DNA of 64,000 bases. Origin: Syntrophales bacterium (lineage in GTDB: Bacteria; Desulfobacterota; Syntrophia; Syntrophales; PHBD01). How positions within the stretch are numbered: position 1 is the stretch's first letter; every line of letters starts with the position of its first letter. The stretch covers positions 192,001 through 256,000 of the forward strand of contig OY764159.1 in NCBI GenBank assembly GCA_963668175.1, read 5' to 3'. The position numbers and the translations under genes are program-made. Shown here piece by piece: positions 27,835 through 37,125 of this stretch. Below the pieces are notes generated by a model that was not told where the DNA came from, ran no database searches, and was given only the letters and a program-made list of their open reading frames with translations.

Positions 27835-28959
27835 TTATTTTGCGTCGGGCAGTTTTCGGGCAGTTTGTATTGTATGAACCCTTCCCATTAAGGCGCGTTT
27901 CCGCTCAAGCTCCACGTCGGCATATTTCAAGACGCTGTCCCGGCGTCTGTGATCGGTAAGCATCTGAAGCTCATCGATGGTCCCCCCTTGCTCATTGATG
28001 AACTGTGAACAGGAGCTATGCTTCAGGCCCGCATACAGGTTTATCGTTTCCCCGGTCGTTTCACACGCCTTATTCCATAAGTCCACAAGGTAGTCATGCT
28101 GATAGTGCTTGCCCTTCAACCGGCTATTCGGATTTACGAAAAAGTACGGGCTGAATGTTGTCGGCATCGCTTCCATGATCTTCTTAAATTCCGGGTGGCG
28201 GGGGATTTCATGTTCTTTGTGGGTTTTCGTGTATTCCACAAGTTGCTTGCTTGAGAATGTCCGCCTGATTGTGAAGCAATCCCGGACCGGGTCGTAATCC
28301 TCTTTGTGGAGCGCCATGGCTTCAGACGGCCTGCGAAGATGATACTTTAGCCACCAGAAAATCGGTTGGTGTTCCTTTGGGATGGCTTCGATGATCTTGA
28401 TTTGCCGGTCCTCAGAAATCCATTTAATCTTCTTTTCTGATATGCCGTAAAGCCGCCGTTCAGGGAACGGGGGAACGGCCAAGATTCTTTCTGCCTTCCA
28501 CGCGTAATCTAGGCAAGCTCTGAGGCAGTACATAACGTTGAGCTTCCCCTTGCCTGTCCTCTTAATTCCGGCAAGTAGGCTGCACAGGGTATCATAGCGG
28601 ATTTCATGAAGCTGATAGGGATTCGCTTTAAACCACGGTATCAGGTGATTATTGATCGAGTTCAGGTAATCCTTATGCGTCGCCGGGGACAGTGTCGATT
28701 CGACGGCTACAAGCCATTCTCTTAGGTAGGGGATGGTATCCACCCTTTGCTCAGTATATTTCTCTATCCTGAATGAATCGGGGTTCGCCTCAAAATCATT
28801 CTGGATAAGGGCAAGCAGTTTATGTGCTATCTGCTCGCCGCTAAGTCCGAAGACCTCGCCATCCCTGCAAAGATGGCCTTTATAGCGATATACCTTGTAG
28901 TCGCCCCATTGGACAAAATATCTGTCCCCGTCTTTTCTGTATTTGACGCGACCTTTCAT
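27835..28959 (-). CDS. Tyrosine recombinase / integrase
   Basis: SPAT..DY core-binding region, LRRPSEAMAL, LKHS, and DH...VLKYA; adjacent to att. Start assumed at MKGRVK. Confidence 0.9.
   Translation of the reverse strand: MKGRVKYRKDGDRYFVQWGDYKVYRYKGHLCRDGEVFGLSGEQIAHKLLALIQNDFEANPDSFRIEKYTEQRVDTIPYLREWLVAVESTLSPATHKDYLNSINNHLIPWFKANPYQLHEIRYDTLCSLLAGIKRTGKGKLNVMYCLRACLDYAWKAERILAVPPFPERRLYGISEKKIKWISEDRQIKIIEAIPKEHQPIFWWLKYHLRRPSEAMALHKEDYDPVRDCFTIRRTFSSKQLVEYTKTHKEHEIPRHPEFKKIMEAMPTTFSPYFFVNPNSRLKGKHYQHDYLVDLWNKACETTGETINLYAGLKHSSCSQFINEQGGTIDELQMLTDHRRRDSVLKYADVELERKRALMGRVHTIQTARKLPDAK
27846..27866. repeat. Putative integrase arm-type sites, left end
   Basis: CGGGCAGTTTTCGGGCAGTTT, identical to 40488..40508. 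Confidence 0.8.
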
Positions 28960-29195
28960 ACACAGTCCCCCCGGTTGAGTTTGGCGGACTGTAACATACT
29001 TCGCCGGACGATTGTTGAATTTTGTCAAATCATGACGCACCTCCAAGAATTTTCATTTTCAATCCGTTTTCATTTAGATTGTCGATACAGGCCCGAAGGG
29101 CCGGGGGGTCAAGGGGGGCTCGCCCCCCTCTACAGGTTCTTCCGTTTTCACCGTGGATTTTCTCCGCCATCAAAAGAAGCAAGCGCCACCCTGAA

Positions 29196-29380
29196 GATGT
29201 CAACTATGATGTCAACTGAAGGTCTAGTTGTATGTCAACTTTCATCTCAAGACCGTTTTAAATATGTTAAATATAATTAACTTGTTGCAATTAAGTTGTA
29301 TATCAACTTGTCATGCTTTAAGGAGTATCAACTGTTAGTTGTACTCTCCCCCCTCTATAGGGGAGTACAACTTACAACTC
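29196..29380. other. Putative replication origin of the island (iterons, AT-rich core, hairpin)
   Basis: Repeated (T/A)CAACT and AGTTG units in both orientations, AT-rich core, 10 bp inverted repeat 29337-29372, directly after the helicase stop. Confidence 0.6.
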
Positions 29381-30724
29381 GCAATCGTCAGGGGCTTCCT
29401 TCTGCCCGTACAAGTCTTCCCCTTTTCCGGTGAAAATATATTTTCCCCTGCCTGCTTCGGTGTCCAATTCAATGAGGCCATCTTCAACCGCCTTATCCTT
29501 AATCCGTGAAATGTAGGCTTTGTCCTTTTTCAACTCGTCGCCGATTTCCTTTTGGCTGTAACCCTGACCGAGCATCCAGATGACCTTGCCCTTAACCGCG
29601 CCGGTTGCGTTGTTGACTTTAGTCGTCTCCGTCATCCAAGCGAGACCGTTATTATCCGAATCTATCAATCGGAAACCGAAGGTGGCCGCGTCCATACCGC
29701 TTATACCCCTGGTTTTGGTGAATTCGACCGTGAGTCGGCACCCTTCTTCCGGCCTGTAATCTTTGGGGCGTGAAAGAAATATAGAATAGTCAACAGAATC
29801 CTCACGGCCCGAAGTGCCGCGCTGGGCGACCTTTTTATAATCCTTTCCTGAATGATGTACGATAATGACGGATATTCCCAAGAATCGGATGGAGAGAAAG
29901 AATTGATTTATCGGGTCGTATTGCTCTTTGGAATTCTCATCGATTCCCGGCGACAGTGCCGACAGATTATCAAAGACAACAAGCTTGATGTCCGACTCTT
30001 TGAGCGTTGTTAGAATAGCTTCACGGTGTTCCGCCCTGGTGAGGTTCGGTGCCGGGAAGCCTCTGTGGTGCATCATCTCGGCTGAAATGATCTTGAGAGG
30101 GTGTACCGGATCAGGGAGGCCCTTGAGAAGCCTGGCATATCGGCCTTGAAGTTCTGCTAGAGGCATTTCTCCGTCGATCAAAGCGCAGGGGACAGGGGTC
30201 TCTACTCTCCATGGGGCAAAGCCTTGATTATGGGTAATCGCAATAAGCAGGGAGAGAATGAAATTTGTTTTTCCGATACCTCGGGGGGCTGTTATCAAGG
30301 CTATATCGCCAAATTTCAGCCAAGGGGCAACGATCAAAGGACGGCTCGGAATATTCATGGACAAGAAATCATTGCCCGTTATAATTGCACCGCGCAAAGC
30401 GTCAATATAGGTCCCGGCATTATCTGCCATCATGACGGGGCTATTCCATTTATCAAACTGCAAGGCTGTCTTCGCTTCATCGTCTGTGTGTCCTTGCAGC
30501 ACCAGAGACTCTTTAGCCGTATTGAGCAATAGTCCCCTGGTTTCTGCATGAGTCGATTGTTCTATCCGCTTTAGGAAATCGGGCAAGGTATCGGGCGAGA
30601 CCCTTCTCGCAAATTCTCCGAGTGTGATCGTGGCGATTTCATCCGGGCGGACGTTAAAATCCTCACCCTCTCGCCATCCATCATCCATGGGGTTTGCGGT
30701 TTCTATTGTAACGGGCTCAGGCAT
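29372..30724 (-). CDS. AAA_25 / RepA-like SF4 helicase with C-terminal HTH
   Basis: Walker A APRGIGKT, IDGEM, Walker B VVFDNL, VHHSGK, QRGTS and FTKTR motifs. Confidence 0.85.
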   Translation of the reverse strand: MPEPVTIETANPMDDGWREGEDFNVRPDEIATITLGEFARRVSPDTLPDFLKRIEQSTHAETRGLLLNTAKESLVLQGHTDDEAKTALQFDKWNSPVMMADNAGTYIDALRGAIITGNDFLSMNIPSRPLIVAPWLKFGDIALITAPRGIGKTNFILSLLIAITHNQGFAPWRVETPVPCALIDGEMPLAELQGRYARLLKGLPDPVHPLKIISAEMMHHRGFPAPNLTRAEHREAILTTLKESDIKLVVFDNLSALSPGIDENSKEQYDPINQFFLSIRFLGISVIIVHHSGKDYKKVAQRGTSGREDSVDYSIFLSRPKDYRPEEGCRLTVEFTKTRGISGMDAATFGFRLIDSDNNGLAWMTETTKVNNATGAVKGKVIWMLGQGYSQKEIGDELKKDKAYISRIKDKAVEDGLIELDTEAGRGKYIFTGKGEDLYGQKEAPDDCEL

Positions 30725-30727
30725 TGG

Positions 30728-31432
30728 CTATGCACTCCTTTCATTTGTAACCATACAAGAAAGAAGGAAGACGTATTCCGCCCTGGTCCGTCCGTTCCTT
30801 GGATTATCGATGAATGTCTTTGCTCTCATTCTCAATCTCTCCAATAGGAACGCCCTGTATGCCTCATCCATCTGCGTCCCACTCCAAACGTGGAGCGCCC
30901 AATAAACCGCGATGGCTGTCAAATCATGTTCAGCTTCTCGCTCCGTGATGCACCATCGATGTCTGGCGTTGATAGCTTCCAGTAATTTAGGAGAATACGA
31001 CTTGAAGTCCCTGAAATTGGCAAACAACACGTCAAGAGAAGGTTCACAGGCGGGGGCAGGCTGTCCGGTGAATACGGCAAGGGGTCTGGCAAATCCTGTC
31101 CATAGAAGTGATTCTGTGAAGCTATGCGCAAACGCGTTCCGATGGTGCAGAATCATGTCCCGGAAGTTTTCTTGACCATGCCAAAGCTTGATTACTCCAA
31201 GCGAGACGCCCGTTTCTTGCGATATCTCACGCCGGGATAAATTATAAAGGGTTAATAAAGAGGCGTGGTATTTATTCATGGGGAAATCGATCTTTTGCCC
31301 TCTCGGGATTCCTTTCCGTCCACGCGGCTGATAAAATTTTAAGGATATTTCGATAAACTGACTCAAAGAAGTTTCTTCTTCATGTGCATTCACTTTTTCA
31401 GAAAGAGCGTGATCCGGCCGCTGTGCAATCAT
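30728..31432 (-). CDS. Hypothetical protein with HTH
   Basis: LSRREISQETGVSLGVIKLW helix-turn-helix pattern; ATG at 31432 after GAGG. Confidence 0.6.
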   Translation of the reverse strand: MIAQRPDHALSEKVNAHEEETSLSQFIEISLKFYQPRGRKGIPRGQKIDFPMNKYHASLLTLYNLSRREISQETGVSLGVIKLWHGQENFRDMILHHRNAFAHSFTESLLWTGFARPLAVFTGQPAPACEPSLDVLFANFRDFKSYSPKLLEAINARHRWCITEREAEHDLTAIAVYWALHVWSGTQMDEAYRAFLLERLRMRAKTFIDNPRNGRTRAEYVFLLSCMVTNERSA

Positions 31433-32033
31433 GTTGCCACCTCTTTTATTTTTGATATTGATGTCCATTTTAGAAGTCAGGATATTCATATCCAAGTGGT
31501 AATTTTTTTGAGGGGTACTTTTTTTCGGCAGCGAATGGGGGATGACTAATTGATTATCTGCTGGATGGACGAATGGAGTAACGGGACATGATGGCGCGGA
31601 CGATGACGAAGAAGTCCTTCAAGGCAATCTTATCCCTAGCACCTATAAACGTATTTATCGTTGATGGATAATTTAACGGATTTCAGGCGTGCCGATTGTT
31701 GAGGGGATAATCTATTGGCTAGATGTCTGATCGACCAAGGAAGAGCCGTTCTGTGGTCGTCGGTATCGGTTTGGATGAGGGAGCATTGGTATCATTGAGG
31801 AACGTCACCGACCACAATGACTATCATTGCCGGGGCATCTGACCACGTTTAGCAGCTATTCTGTTATTCCGGTTTCTTCGTATGCCCTGACCTATGCTTG
31901 CCTTCAGGGTTCAATTAAATCTTTTTAGATTATTATAACCCATCCTAACTTAAAGTCAGGCTAGTGTTCGAGGAGATGGTCAATCTTTGGTTCTTCCTGT
32001 CCAGCAAGCGAGCCTCCCGGTTCATTGGGGCAA

Positions 32034-33590
32034 TCAACGGTATTTAATATCCCCACGTTTTATAAGCTCTAATAGATATTGAAAAATGTTCTTCAGGTCA
32101 TCTTGAAATTCCGACGCCACCAGAAATAACGTCAATAAAATGAGAATCAACGTCATCCAAAAGATCCCTCGTTGCAAGCTGATATTTGTTTTAGATAGTC
32201 TATCATTGGATATTGCAGATGTTATTTGAGCTGTTCTATTGGCAATTGAATTAACTTGTTCCTCGCCTTTTTGCAGTTCTAGTACAAGCATCAAAAGAGT
32301 CTCACGTAACCCATTAAAAAGGCCCTTTTCTCTCTTTCTATGTTCAGATATCGGGAAAAACTCATAAACCTCATTTAGGAAATAATTTTTATTTTCACAT
32401 AACGGAATAACTTCTTGAATGAATGGGGTTAAATTGCGTTGAAGATTAAGGAATTTATTATCAAGAATCCGCGCTTCTGAGGCTGCCAAATCAAAATTGC
32501 TAAATTCAAGAGAACCATAGGCGTCTCTCAACATGCCAAGTTGTTTTTCGTATGTTCGTGCAAGCACGAATAGAACCCATTTTCCAATAGTCTGGTCAAA
32601 ATGCGTTAACCATTGCAATATTTGATCTTCCCTATCGTCAGGTCCAAAACGTTCGAGGTCTCTGTCATCAAGAATTCCCGATATATTACCGGATAGGACT
32701 AAATTGTCTGTAGCTTCCGTAATCTGCATGAATAACCCCTTTATTTGAGGACTTTTCCATGCGTAGAAATCATAAGCAAGATGCATTACGGATAAAAATG
32801 ATTTTCTCGAAGATTTCTTTTCTATATAAGGTTCATTCTCCTTAAAAAAAATAATCTCACATGTCGGAAAGGATTCTCCATATTGTCCGGAAGCATACAG
32901 GCCGGGAAAATTATTCTTAACCCATTCGGTGCAAAGTGATCGCGTTGATTCACGTGCTAGTTTTACAGATAACTCTTTTTGATGAATGACATCTTGATAG
33001 CTCCGCCCCCCTCGTATTTTTTCTATATAAGTTGAGTAGGTATTTCTGAGGGATTGCTCTATCGCGTTTGCGTTGTCATCGTTTAGGAAGAATTGGAAGA
33101 CAAGAATGGTCGTGCTTGATATGTCTTGAAGGATTGACGCGTGGATAGCCTCGATCCCTTCGGGCAAATCAGCTTGACGATTCCTGTATAAAGACTGACT
33201 AGAATCTCTCACAATATAGCCTAAGTTAAGCCACCCTCCACCGGAAAGACTGTATCGCATATTATCAACTGAATCTAAGGAATCTGGATTAATAACTCTT
33301 TCGCTTTGTGACCAATTCAGTTTTTCGATGGAGAGTTTTAGACTGGCGATAAAAGATGGCGGAAAAACTTCAACAACCCAGATGCATGGCATCCTGATCT
33401 GTTCGGTAAGAGGAGGGCTTGATGCCAAGTTATCTTCTGGGTCAATCATGGAATGATAATGTTGTAAGTGATTATCAATTTTAATACTATTCATACTCTT
33501 CCCGCTGATCCCAGCTTTTAAAATTTGTTCCGCACTTAACATGGAAAGAAAAACGTTGAATTGCCCTACCTCAAAATCTATAACACACAT
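32034..33590 (-). CDS. Hypothetical AT-rich cargo protein with C-terminal coiled coil and TM helix
   Basis: 518 aa ORF; C-terminal GIFWMTLILILLTLFLVA; start codon uncertain. Confidence 0.75.
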   Translation of the reverse strand: MCVIDFEVGQFNVFLSMLSAEQILKAGISGKSMNSIKIDNHLQHYHSMIDPEDNLASSPPLTEQIRMPCIWVVEVFPPSFIASLKLSIEKLNWSQSERVINPDSLDSVDNMRYSLSGGGWLNLGYIVRDSSQSLYRNRQADLPEGIEAIHASILQDISSTTILVFQFFLNDDNANAIEQSLRNTYSTYIEKIRGGRSYQDVIHQKELSVKLARESTRSLCTEWVKNNFPGLYASGQYGESFPTCEIIFFKENEPYIEKKSSRKSFLSVMHLAYDFYAWKSPQIKGLFMQITEATDNLVLSGNISGILDDRDLERFGPDDREDQILQWLTHFDQTIGKWVLFVLARTYEKQLGMLRDAYGSLEFSNFDLAASEARILDNKFLNLQRNLTPFIQEVIPLCENKNYFLNEVYEFFPISEHRKREKGLFNGLRETLLMLVLELQKGEEQVNSIANRTAQITSAISNDRLSKTNISLQRGIFWMTLILILLTLFLVASEFQDDLKNIFQYLLELIKRGDIKYR

Positions 33591-33726
33591 AAGTTAGAAT
33601 GGTGTCATTTTCTTATCGATTACCAATTAAAATGTAGTACGAATTGTCCGGCTCAATACACAGCAGTTCAGGAAGTAAGTCACGGCCCGTAATTGCCGTC
33701 ATATCTGCCGTCAAGAATGTCTTATC

Positions 33727-33966
33727 TTACGCCACTTCATCCTGACCGGTTCTTTCGTCGGTTAGCCCGTTATATCTTTGATCCGTTGTCGTAGGTGTGG
33801 ACGTTCTACTGAGAAATGACTGCGGCATTTGAATACACCGTCGATCTAATATTTGCCCCTGTTTGTCGATCCTTGCTACCATAACAAGGCAAAGCGGATC
33901 GTCTGTGTCCGGCTTGGTCGGCTGCTTCTGAATGCCGCTCAACTTGTTGTCCGGATCATCGCTCAT
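33727..33966 (-). CDS. Small hypothetical protein
   Basis: 79 aa; AAGGGG upstream of the ATG; co-oriented with neighbours. Confidence 0.4.
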   Translation of the reverse strand: MSDDPDNKLSGIQKQPTKPDTDDPLCLVMVARIDKQGQILDRRCIQMPQSFLSRTSTPTTTDQRYNGLTDERTGQDEVA

Positions 33967-34006
33967 AGATACCCCTTGTGGTTCGCTTTTAATATACCGC
34001 GTAGCG

Positions 34007-34246
34007 TCAGCGTTTCAAGTAAGGACATTTATCCGCTTGTTGGCAAGCTGCCATAGCCATTTCTCGTTCTCGTTGCTCCTTTTTTGCATCTCGTTTTCGT
34101 CTCTTAGCCATTTTTTCCTCAAACATTGCTAAGGCTGTTGGGTCCGGTGGCCTCACTTGTTTCAGTATAAGTTCCAGCACCACCCCCATAACGTTCAATT
34201 TCTGTTCGATCCTGTCCAAATCTTCCCTGCTGATTTCTTCCGACAT
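34007..34246 (-). CDS. Small coiled-coil hypothetical protein
   Basis: 79 aa; GGAG RBS; charged helical C-terminus. Confidence 0.55.
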   Translation of the reverse strand: MSEEISREDLDRIEQKLNVMGVVLELILKQVRPPDPTALAMFEEKMAKRRKRDAKKEQREREMAMAACQQADKCPYLKR

Positions 34247-34283
34247 ATCGCATCTCCGTATTCTATTCCACAGTGTAGAGTAT

Positions 34284-35336
34284 TTACTTTTTCAAAATTG
34301 CCTGAATTTTGTCCTTTGCAATGTTTTCTTCTACCGGTGTGATTGCGAATGGTCCCGCATCGTCGCCCCTTATCCGTGATTCTACGAATTGACCTACAAG
34401 CCCTCCCATTCCCGCAACGACGTTTCCGGCGCGCCGGGACACCTCGAAATAATATGTCTCTCCCGCTTTCGCATCGAAAGTTCTCGCGTGGTCCCCTTCC
34501 GCCATCTTGCCTTTGATGGATATCGTGCAAGTCCCCGGGCTGACGATCATGTAATCAGTGCCAGTCCTGTCAAGGTTTGCGACGATTTCATCATTGATGT
34601 ACACCACGACTTCTCTGCCGATAGTCGTCAGGAAATAAGAATCCCTGAACAAAACCACCTTTGCCGTAGGCATATCTTTACGGGCGTCGGCTATCGCCTT
34701 TTTGATTTCGGTGGCTACGTCCGTTTTCTGATAATATAACGCCCATGCTAATGGCGTATAGCCTTCCTTGTCTTTTGCATTCAAATTTGCGCCCTTCTTG
34801 ATTAACAACTGAACGATTTTAATGTTTGCAGAACACTTGACCGCATTCACAAGAGGGGTCGCGCCCATCCATTCCCTAGATTCAATATTTGCACCTCTGT
34901 TCAACAGAAGCTCGACTATGGCATAATCGCTGACAGCTATCGCATAATTGAGAGGTGTTGTTTCCGTCGAGTCCCTTGTTTCTATGTCCGCGCCCCTGTC
35001 CAGCAAGGCATTCACGATTTCAATCTGCTTGTAATAAGCTGCGTGATTCAAGGCGTCACATCCGGTTTTGTCCTTCACTTTTATATCTGCCCCGTATTCA
35101 ATGAGGCGTTTTGCCACCGCCGTCTTCCCTGCCCATATAGCGTGCATAAGAGGAGTGGCCCCGTGTTTCTTGTCAGGCTCATTGATATTGGCACCCTCTT
35201 TGATGAGCTTTTCGGCGGTTAAGGAATCGCCTTTCGTTGAGGCATCAATCAGCGGTGTCTTCGGGACGGTTGCACAGCTTGTAATAATCAATAATGTTGC
35301 GGCCATTAATACGAGAAACAGGTTGCTGTTTTTCAT
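34284..35336 (-). CDS. Ankyrin-repeat lipoprotein with C-terminal DUF2846-like beta domain
   Basis: Lipobox ITSC; about six TPL..A...G.DIN repeats; C-terminal AKVVLFR...VYIN...PG...AGETYYF. Confidence 0.85.
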   Translation of the reverse strand: MKNSNLFLVLMAATLLIITSCATVPKTPLIDASTKGDSLTAEKLIKEGANINEPDKKHGATPLMHAIWAGKTAVAKRLIEYGADIKVKDKTGCDALNHAAYYKQIEIVNALLDRGADIETRDSTETTPLNYAIAVSDYAIVELLLNRGANIESREWMGATPLVNAVKCSANIKIVQLLIKKGANLNAKDKEGYTPLAWALYYQKTDVATEIKKAIADARKDMPTAKVVLFRDSYFLTTIGREVVVYINDEIVANLDRTGTDYMIVSPGTCTISIKGKMAEGDHARTFDAKAGETYYFEVSRRAGNVVAGMGGLVGQFVESRIRGDDAGPFAITPVEENIAKDKIQAILKK

Positions 35337-35617
35337 TATTTTACACCATCATTGTATTATTATTATGTTCTAAGATTTAATATTGTATAGAACAATTTAT
35401 CCGGGATTGCCAGTTGAAAGCATGTCTGCCAATAGAAATCCTAACAGTAGGGGTCGCTTTGCAAACCATCTATGCTGGCGTCGGAAGGGATGTCCAAATG
35501 CATATCGTTCTTATCACTTTAGTACGACGACAAATGATGACAAAATTGACTTTGAGCCGTTGGTTGATCGGCATGTCTGGTCGTCATATATAAATAAATT
35601 TCTGTGAGGTGGGATAA

Positions 35618-36424
35618 ATGGGTGGCGTAGCTGCTGTTGCTGACAAATTGGGTCTTGAAGATACCCCTGTTGGAGATATTCTCGAAGGGGCGACCGATTT
35701 TGTTCATTCTGCCGGTACTGGCGGGCTTTCCGATGCTGTACGCGCCTACGACGAATATCAGAGCGGCGACGCCACGGGCATTGAAGCTTTGGGGAATTTT
35801 CTTGACGAAGCGATAGACCCGGGCGACTCAGTTGATACGCTGGCTAAGGCAACGAGGGACATTCCTTCATCCCAGGCCGACAAAGAGGAACAACAGAAAT
35901 GGGCCAAGAATGTTGAGGTTGGAATCGGGGCGGCGGGCAACCTGGTTGGCGGTCCAATTGTGGGCGCGCCTGCCGTGGGTTTCACTTCCAAAATAGCCGG
36001 GGAACCGTCCTATATAGGTCAAATCAAGTCTGCCCTTACTGCTGGCGGGTTTTATGGCGGACAAGTTATTGGCGCAGGGGTAGGAGACGTTGCCAAGGAA
36101 GCAGGAATAGGCGGCGATGCACTTAAATATATCAGCAATGCGGGCGGCGCAATAGGTGGAAGCGCCCTTAAAACGGGAACAGCCGCCATTGCTAATGCCG
36201 CGTTGAACTCCGGAACGGCCTCTTTGTCGCCCAAAAGTGCCATCGAGAACCCGTCCGACGTAGACACTTCCCAAACGGCCACATCTCAGGTCGCGTCCAA
36301 TGCCGTCAACGATACAGAGAAGCAATTAAAGAATTACGGCGTCACCCGCGGGGCAATTGGTACAGGGACAATGTACAATCCGAAGATCGGCCGAATGGTT
36401 GGTGGCTACAGGATTGCAGCATAA
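35618..36424 (+). CDS. Gly/Ala-rich glycine-zipper protein, phage virion/DNA-ejection-like
   Basis: 268 aa, MGG start, GxxxG repeats, no signal peptide. Function is inferred only. Confidence 0.55.
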   Translation: MGGVAAVADKLGLEDTPVGDILEGATDFVHSAGTGGLSDAVRAYDEYQSGDATGIEALGNFLDEAIDPGDSVDTLAKATRDIPSSQADKEEQQKWAKNVEVGIGAAGNLVGGPIVGAPAVGFTSKIAGEPSYIGQIKSALTAGGFYGGQVIGAGVGDVAKEAGIGGDALKYISNAGGAIGGSALKTGTAAIANAALNSGTASLSPKSAIENPSDVDTSQTATSQVASNAVNDTEKQLKNYGVTRGAIGTGTMYNPKIGRMVGGYRIAA

Positions 36425-36435
36425 AGGCATCGGTA

Positions 36436-37125
36436 TTAAGATCGCCTCCTTTTTCTTTCAATTCGATCTTCCAGGTAAGCAACTATTTGTTGCACCATGT
36501 TAAGGGCCGTCTCCTCGCTCATAGTCTGCCACTTGACGGCATTGAGATGATCAAATGATCCAAACATACGATCAAATGCAGTCTGGAATAATGGATCGAC
36601 CGGTGCAGGACCTTTCTTCTCCACCGAAGGCTTCTTTGCCTCCGGCTCCTTTGGCTTCGTAATTTTCTCAGTTTGTTTCTCCGACACCACCTCCTTCTTT
36701 TCTGTGATCATTTCCTTGACTACCTTTTCTACATGGTTGGCCGTGACTTTACCGTTAGGAGCGGTTGACTTAGCTTTTTCCCATGCTTCTGTTCGCTGTT
36801 CCGGGAGAAGTTTCGACAAGGGGCGAACCTGGAATTCTGTGATCCCTTCAGTGGAACCGGACGGTTCCACTTGACCAATTATTGCCGAAGAAGCTATTAG
36901 CCGATTTGCATGCTGCTTGGTTATGCCCCACTCAGCCTTGCAGTAAGCCGGGAAAGTTTCGTATTTTCCCCCGTTTTTTTCTTTAAACAGTTCGTCTGCT
37001 TTAATCTGCAATAATGCCCTGCCTACCTCACAAAAGGATTCAAAATTTTTCTGTATGATTCCTTCTAGCCGTTCAAGTTCTTTCGTTCGTGAAACCACAA
37101 CTACTTCATCACTCATGCCGCTCAA
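36436..37125 (-). CDS. Phage-type hypothetical DNA-binding protein
   Basis: 'F.EVGRALLQIK...YETF..YC..EWGI....ANRLI' resembles a domain often found N-terminal in phage proteins. Confidence 0.65.
   Translation of the reverse strand: MSGMSDEVVVVSRTKELERLEGIIQKNFESFCEVGRALLQIKADELFKEKNGGKYETFPAYCKAEWGITKQHANRLIASSAIIGQVEPSGSTEGITEFQVRPLSKLLPEQRTEAWEKAKSTAPNGKVTANHVEKVVKEMITEKKEVVSEKQTEKITKPKEPEAKKPSVEKKGPAPVDPLFQTAFDRMFGSFDHLNAVKWQTMSEETALNMVQQIVAYLEDRIERKRRRS

Noticed and set aside
29196..29380. CRISPR array
   Set aside because: The repeats are 5-10 bp, in both orientations and irregularly spaced, and no cas genes are present.
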